Shown here: one piece after another, positions 63,635 through 64,000 of the stretch
How the letters are laid out: every line of letters starts with the position of its first letter
How positions within the stretch are numbered: position 1 is the first letter of the stretch
Assembly: GCA_963703345.1 (NCBI GenBank)
Contig: OY969814.1
Span: 768,001 to 832,000, forward strand
Length of the DNA: 64,000 nt
DNA from: an uncultured Chloroflexia bacterium
GTDB lineage: Bacteria > Chloroflexota > Dehalococcoidia > DSTF01 > JALHUB01
Reading direction: 5' to 3'
Notes under the pieces: generated by a model
The model's database searches: none
Told to the model about the DNA's origin: nothing
The model's input: the letters and a program-made list of their open reading frames with translations, nothing else
Made by a program: the position numbers and the translations under genes

Positions 63635-63780
63635 GGCTGGATAAGTCATTATAGCGCCGCTGCCGCGTCGGAGGGCGCGAATTATGTTCAGCCTGCGACT
63701 TCCTGCGAAAAAATACTACGCCGCCGCGTTTGACGGGTTGTCCAAGCCCGTGCTACGCTGAATTGGAAAGAGGGCTTTCG

Positions 63781-64000
63781 ATGCTAGAAAACGCAACGAC
63801 CGACGAACTGCGCGAGAGGGTCGAGGAGATACTGGACGCGATCCGCCCGTCGCTGCAGGCGCACGGCGGCGACGTCGACCTGCTCGAGGTGACGCCGGAG
63901 AAGATCGCTCGCCTGGAGCTGACGGGCGCCTGCGGCGGCTGCCCCATGGCCAGCATTACGCTGAAGCTCGGCATCGAGCGCGTTCTCGCCGAGGAGGTGC
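63781..64000 (+). CDS. NifU/NfuA-like Fe-S protein, 3'-partial
   Basis: IRPSLQAHGGDV...GACGGCPMASITLKLGIER. Confidence 0.92.
   Translation, partial: MLENATTDELRERVEEILDAIRPSLQAHGGDVDLLEVTPEKIARLELTGACGGCPMASITLKLGIERVLAEEV

Noticed and set aside
60008-63649. Intein or split gene in dnaE
   Set aside because: The ~1210-aa ORF is continuous, of normal length, and has no intein boundary motifs.
63734-63752. Imperfect palindrome in the nifU promoter spacer as an Fe-S regulator site
   Set aside because: Weak, GC-rich, and matches no operator I can name.

Overview
This is a high-GC bacterial chromosome segment; gene order and protein style suggest Chloroflexota, probably Dehalococcoidia (inference). 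It is mostly housekeeping: ilvN-ilvC-leuA-leuCD-leuB; a heat-shock locus (dnaJ-htrA-like-hspR-clpC-like, divergent hsp20); tandem thiolases; a solo groEL with a perfect CIRCE; lemA-htpX; a selenocysteine-containing selD coupled to an LprG-like lipoprotein and an MFS transporter; argCJB-D-G-H; rpe; rpmB; DAK2-DegV-recG; a PimA/PgsA-like lipid cluster; +1-frameshifted prfB; dnaE; and nifU. I found no rRNA, tRNA, CRISPR array, integrase or transposase. The unusual signals are small and intergenic. (1) There is a family of GTAG-type REP hairpins, and one subtype sits directly in front of orphan, mostly synonymously diverged copies of the last codons of two unrelated genes (htpX, rpmB). (2) ArgD ends in a 22-aa tail homologous to the C-terminus of the antitoxin encoded immediately downstream. 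(3) A Leu-rich leader peptide has Leu codons complementary to the leuA ribosome-binding site. (4) A small CCG...GC-UGA protein in the leu operon is followed by a SECIS-like hairpin. (5) Single-gene and toxin-antitoxin cassettes are repeatedly inserted inside biosynthetic operons.
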